Source of the DNA: the human T2T-CHM13v2.0 reference genome, Homo sapiens
DNA: 64,000 bases
Reading direction: 5' to 3' (one strand)
Assembly (NCBI RefSeq): GCF_009914755.1
Contig: NC_060947.1
Of the stretch, positions 61,657 to 64,000 are shown piece after piece (within the stretch, counting starts at the first letter, position 1; the number at the start of each line of letters is the position of its first letter). The translations under genes and the position numbers were made by a program. The notes under the pieces were generated by a model, which was given only the letters and a program-made list of their open reading frames with translations, ran no database searches and was not told the DNA's origin.

Positions 61657-62319
61657 AGAAATGCAATTCCTTAGGCCCCATCCAGACCTATTGAATGAAT
61701 CTCTGGAGATGGGGTAGGCTGGCTGTGTCTTAGTAAGTGCTAAAGTTTTAAGAACCACTAGAGGATCCAAATAACTTTTGGTGTTCAGTCTCAAACCACT
61801 AATTAGCTGCGCATGAGAAATTTCTGCTTTAGGTTAGTCACCCTATGGAGCCCCCGAACCCTAAATATTAACAGTAGGCCCACATCCAGGTTTCCATCTG
61901 CTAGACTCCAAAGCAAGGCAGCAGCCATCCCTCTCAGTAGCCCTGCCACCAAATCCTCTTCTCCGAGAACCCCAAAACAGAGTTTGATTGACAAGTTCAT
62001 TCTTCTCTCCTGTCAGACCTCAAAATGTGCCCAGTTCCTTAAAGGTATGTGTCCCATTGGTTTACAACTCTTCATTCCCTTCCTAAGAATGAGCACGTGT
62101 ACTAAAACAAAATTAGTACATGTCATCCAAATATTGTCAGGGTAATAAAATTCCTAAAATTAGGCATCTTGGTGCTTTATGTAGATGCAAACTTGAAAAG
62201 CAGCTATGTCCAAGTTTTCCTTTAGGATCCTCCCAAGAGATATTTTACAAACTCCTCTAGCATTGCTAATTATTTTTTTAAAAAAAAAAAGAGTCATTTT
62301 TTCAGATCTATAAATTTCA

Positions 62320-62325
62320 TTTATT
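62320..62325 (-). terminator. Candidate polyadenylation signal downstream of miR-363
   Basis: AATAAA on the minus strand ~200 nt past miR-363, with a U-run (+ strand A-run 62280-62290) ~30 nt further downstream; AT-rich context makes chance occurrence possible. Confidence 0.3.
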
Positions 62326-62524
62326 TTGAGGTTCATTCACATTCAGTAACAATCTGATCATTCACCAAAGTTCCAAAACACATACTTTATAAATTAGCTA
62401 TCATAGTTTTTAGAAATCCAAATATATTTCAAATTATTTTTTAATAGCAGCAACTAGAGAAAGGATTTTTTACCATCTAGCTTACTGTAGCGCTGATCAG
62501 GAATGTCGCCAACAAAGGTCCTGC

Positions 62525-62599
62525 GGTTTACAGATGGATACCGTGCAATTTTTCTCCTATGATACTCATCAAAATTGCATCGTGATCCACCCGACAACA
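62525..62599 (-). ncRNA. MIR363: pre-miR-363 hairpin
   Basis: Mature 3p AAUUGCACGGUAUCCAUCUGUA at 62529-62550; 5p arm CGGGUGGAUCACGAUGCAAUUU. Confidence 0.98.
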
Positions 62600-62684
62600 G
62601 CAAAACAGATCATTTTACAATGACTAAATATCAGAACTTACGGCTTTTAAAAGTTAAAATAAGAAGACGATAAAAATCCTCCTT

Positions 62685-62759
62685 TCTTCCACAGGCCGGG
62701 ACAAGTGCAATACTTTATATAGAACACAAGTAATGCAACAAATCCCCACCCAGGGATGA
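62685..62759 (-). ncRNA. MIR92A2: pre-miR-92a-2 hairpin
   Basis: Mature 3p UAUUGCACUUGUCCCGGCCUGU at 62691-62712; 5p arm GGGUGGGGAUUUGUUGCAUUAC. Confidence 0.98.
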
Positions 62760-62817
62760 ATGGGCATGAGTGCTGGAGATACGCATGAAGGTGTGTTCAC
62801 ACAGACGTAGGAAGCAC

Positions 62818-62913
62818 ACATTATCACAATCAGTTTTGCATGGATTTGCACAGCCACATATACATATATACGCTGAAATGCAAACCTGCAAAACTAATTG
62901 TAAGTAGCAATGT
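62818..62913 (-). ncRNA. MIR19B2: pre-miR-19b-2 hairpin
   Basis: Mature 3p UGUGCAAAUCCAUGCAAAACUGA at 62830-62852; 5p arm AGUUUUGCAGGUUUGCAUUUCA. Confidence 0.98.
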
Positions 62914-62955
62914 CTTTGAATATTCTCTCCATCAACAAGAGATTTGTTATCCAAG

Positions 62956-63024
62956 AGTACTGGAAGTGCCCATACTACAGTAGAGTCATGCCAAAACTAC
63001 CTGCACTATGAGCACTTTGGTACT
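62956..63024 (-). ncRNA. MIR20B: pre-miR-20b hairpin
   Basis: Mature 5p CAAAGUGCUCAUAGUGCAGGUAG at 62997-63019 with complementary 3p arm. Confidence 0.98.
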
Positions 63025-63187
63025 ACTAGGACCCAATCTTATCCTCTGTACACAACTGTACACTGCACAGTCCCCACCATCTGTTCCCAACAAACAATAA
63101 AAAGGCAAAAAACAAACCACTGAAATGTGTCCTATTCAAATTACTACTCAAGGCATACTTTTAAAATGCTGTATATTAGGCAGCCTG

Positions 63188-63258
63188 TGCCAGAAGGGGC
63201 ATTTAGGGCAGTAGATTCTAAGCTGCTTCACTAACTGCACTAGATGCACCTTAACACA
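63188..63258 (-). ncRNA. MIR18B: pre-miR-18b hairpin
   Basis: Mature 5p UAAGGUGCAUCUAGUGCAGUUAG at 63231-63253; 3p arm UGCCCUAAAUGCCCCUUCUGGC. Confidence 0.98.
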
Positions 63259-63344
63259 AGAGACACATTATAAGAAGCAGCTCAAAAGCATCAACTACTT
63301 AATTATGCACAAACTACAGTTCTCAGTAGCCATTGACTAAATCA

Positions 63345-63425
63345 CCATGGTAATGTAAGAAGTGCTTACATTGCAGTAGATCTCAAAAAGCTACCTGCAC
63401 TGTAAGCACTTTTACATGGCCAAGG
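63345..63425 (-). ncRNA. MIR106A: pre-miR-106a hairpin
   Basis: Reverse complement matches recalled pre-miR-106a; mature 5p AAAAGUGCUUACAGUGCAGGUAG at 63391-63413; the arms pair into a stem-loop. Confidence 0.98.
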
Positions 63426-63493
63426 CCTATTCCTGTAGCAAAATTTTAAGTCTTCCAGGAGCTCTTCTTTTCCGTCCTCACAGATCCATGCAG

Positions 63494-63537
63494 ACTCACC
63501 TGGTTAAAACAACAAAACAAACACACACATATTAGAA
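63494..63537 (-). promoter_or_regulatory. Candidate 3' splice site fused to a 5' splice site (CAG|GTGAGT) in the miRNA host transcript
   Basis: Minus strand reads TTCTAAT (branch-like) ATGTGTGTGTTTGTTTTGTTGTTTTAAC CAG GTGAGT. Confidence 0.55.
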
Positions 63538-64000
63538 ACTAAACAAGTAAACTACTAGTTAATATTCCTGAAACAGGCTTTCCTTTGGCTTACAGAGTCT
63601 AAGCTAGGTTTTGTGGTTTCAACCAAATCCTGAGAAATATTAATAATCTCAATTATTTACACAGAATTGAACACGAATAACACTGGCAACTGCAAAAAGT
63701 CCAATTCTTATGTATAAGCAGATTTTGGACTCCCCCTCTCCATCTAAGAAAATTTGATATCTGCATCTCAGTAATTTGCAGGCACATTCTATCCACCCTG
63801 ATTTTATAAGAGGAGGACCTAGAGAAAGGAGCATGTAAAACCCAGGATGAGTATTCGAGTCTTCAGATCATTCAGAGCTTTTGGGCTCCATACGGAAAGT
63901 GACTGTTAGATTAAATGAATATTCCCAGCCCCCACCCCATTAATAGAAAATGAGAGAAATTTTAGAGCTGGTTTAAGAAACACAGCCTTACAGTCTTCAC

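Noticed and set aside
62654-62954. Minus-strand ORFs overlapping the miRNA hairpins
   Set aside because: Incidental frames with non-ATG starts across sequence constrained by RNA structure

Overview
Repeat-dense primate (apparently human) genomic DNA with no intact protein-coding gene. The key functional element is at the right end: the six-hairpin miR-106a~363 microRNA polycistron on the minus strand (62525-63425; miR-106a, 18b, 20b, 19b-2, 92a-2, 363). I identified it from recalled miRBase sequences, and from established knowledge it places the window on Xq26.2. Also present: a TIMM8B processed pseudogene with TSD and poly(A); a Y1 RNA retropseudogene; a full-length but inactivated L1PA4/5-like LINE-1 whose antisense ORF0 is still open; a decayed ERVL internal region; a hAT-Charlie transposase fossil with an internal duplication; several solo LTRs and MITEs; and about 22 Alus. 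I see no clearly new biological system. The best unexplained signals are a branchpoint-U-rich tract-CAG|GTGAGT (recursive-splice-like) motif just upstream of miR-106a, two miR-19a-like relics in cluster spacers, and a solo poly(A) insertion. Repeat subfamily names and boundaries of old repeats are by eye and approximate.
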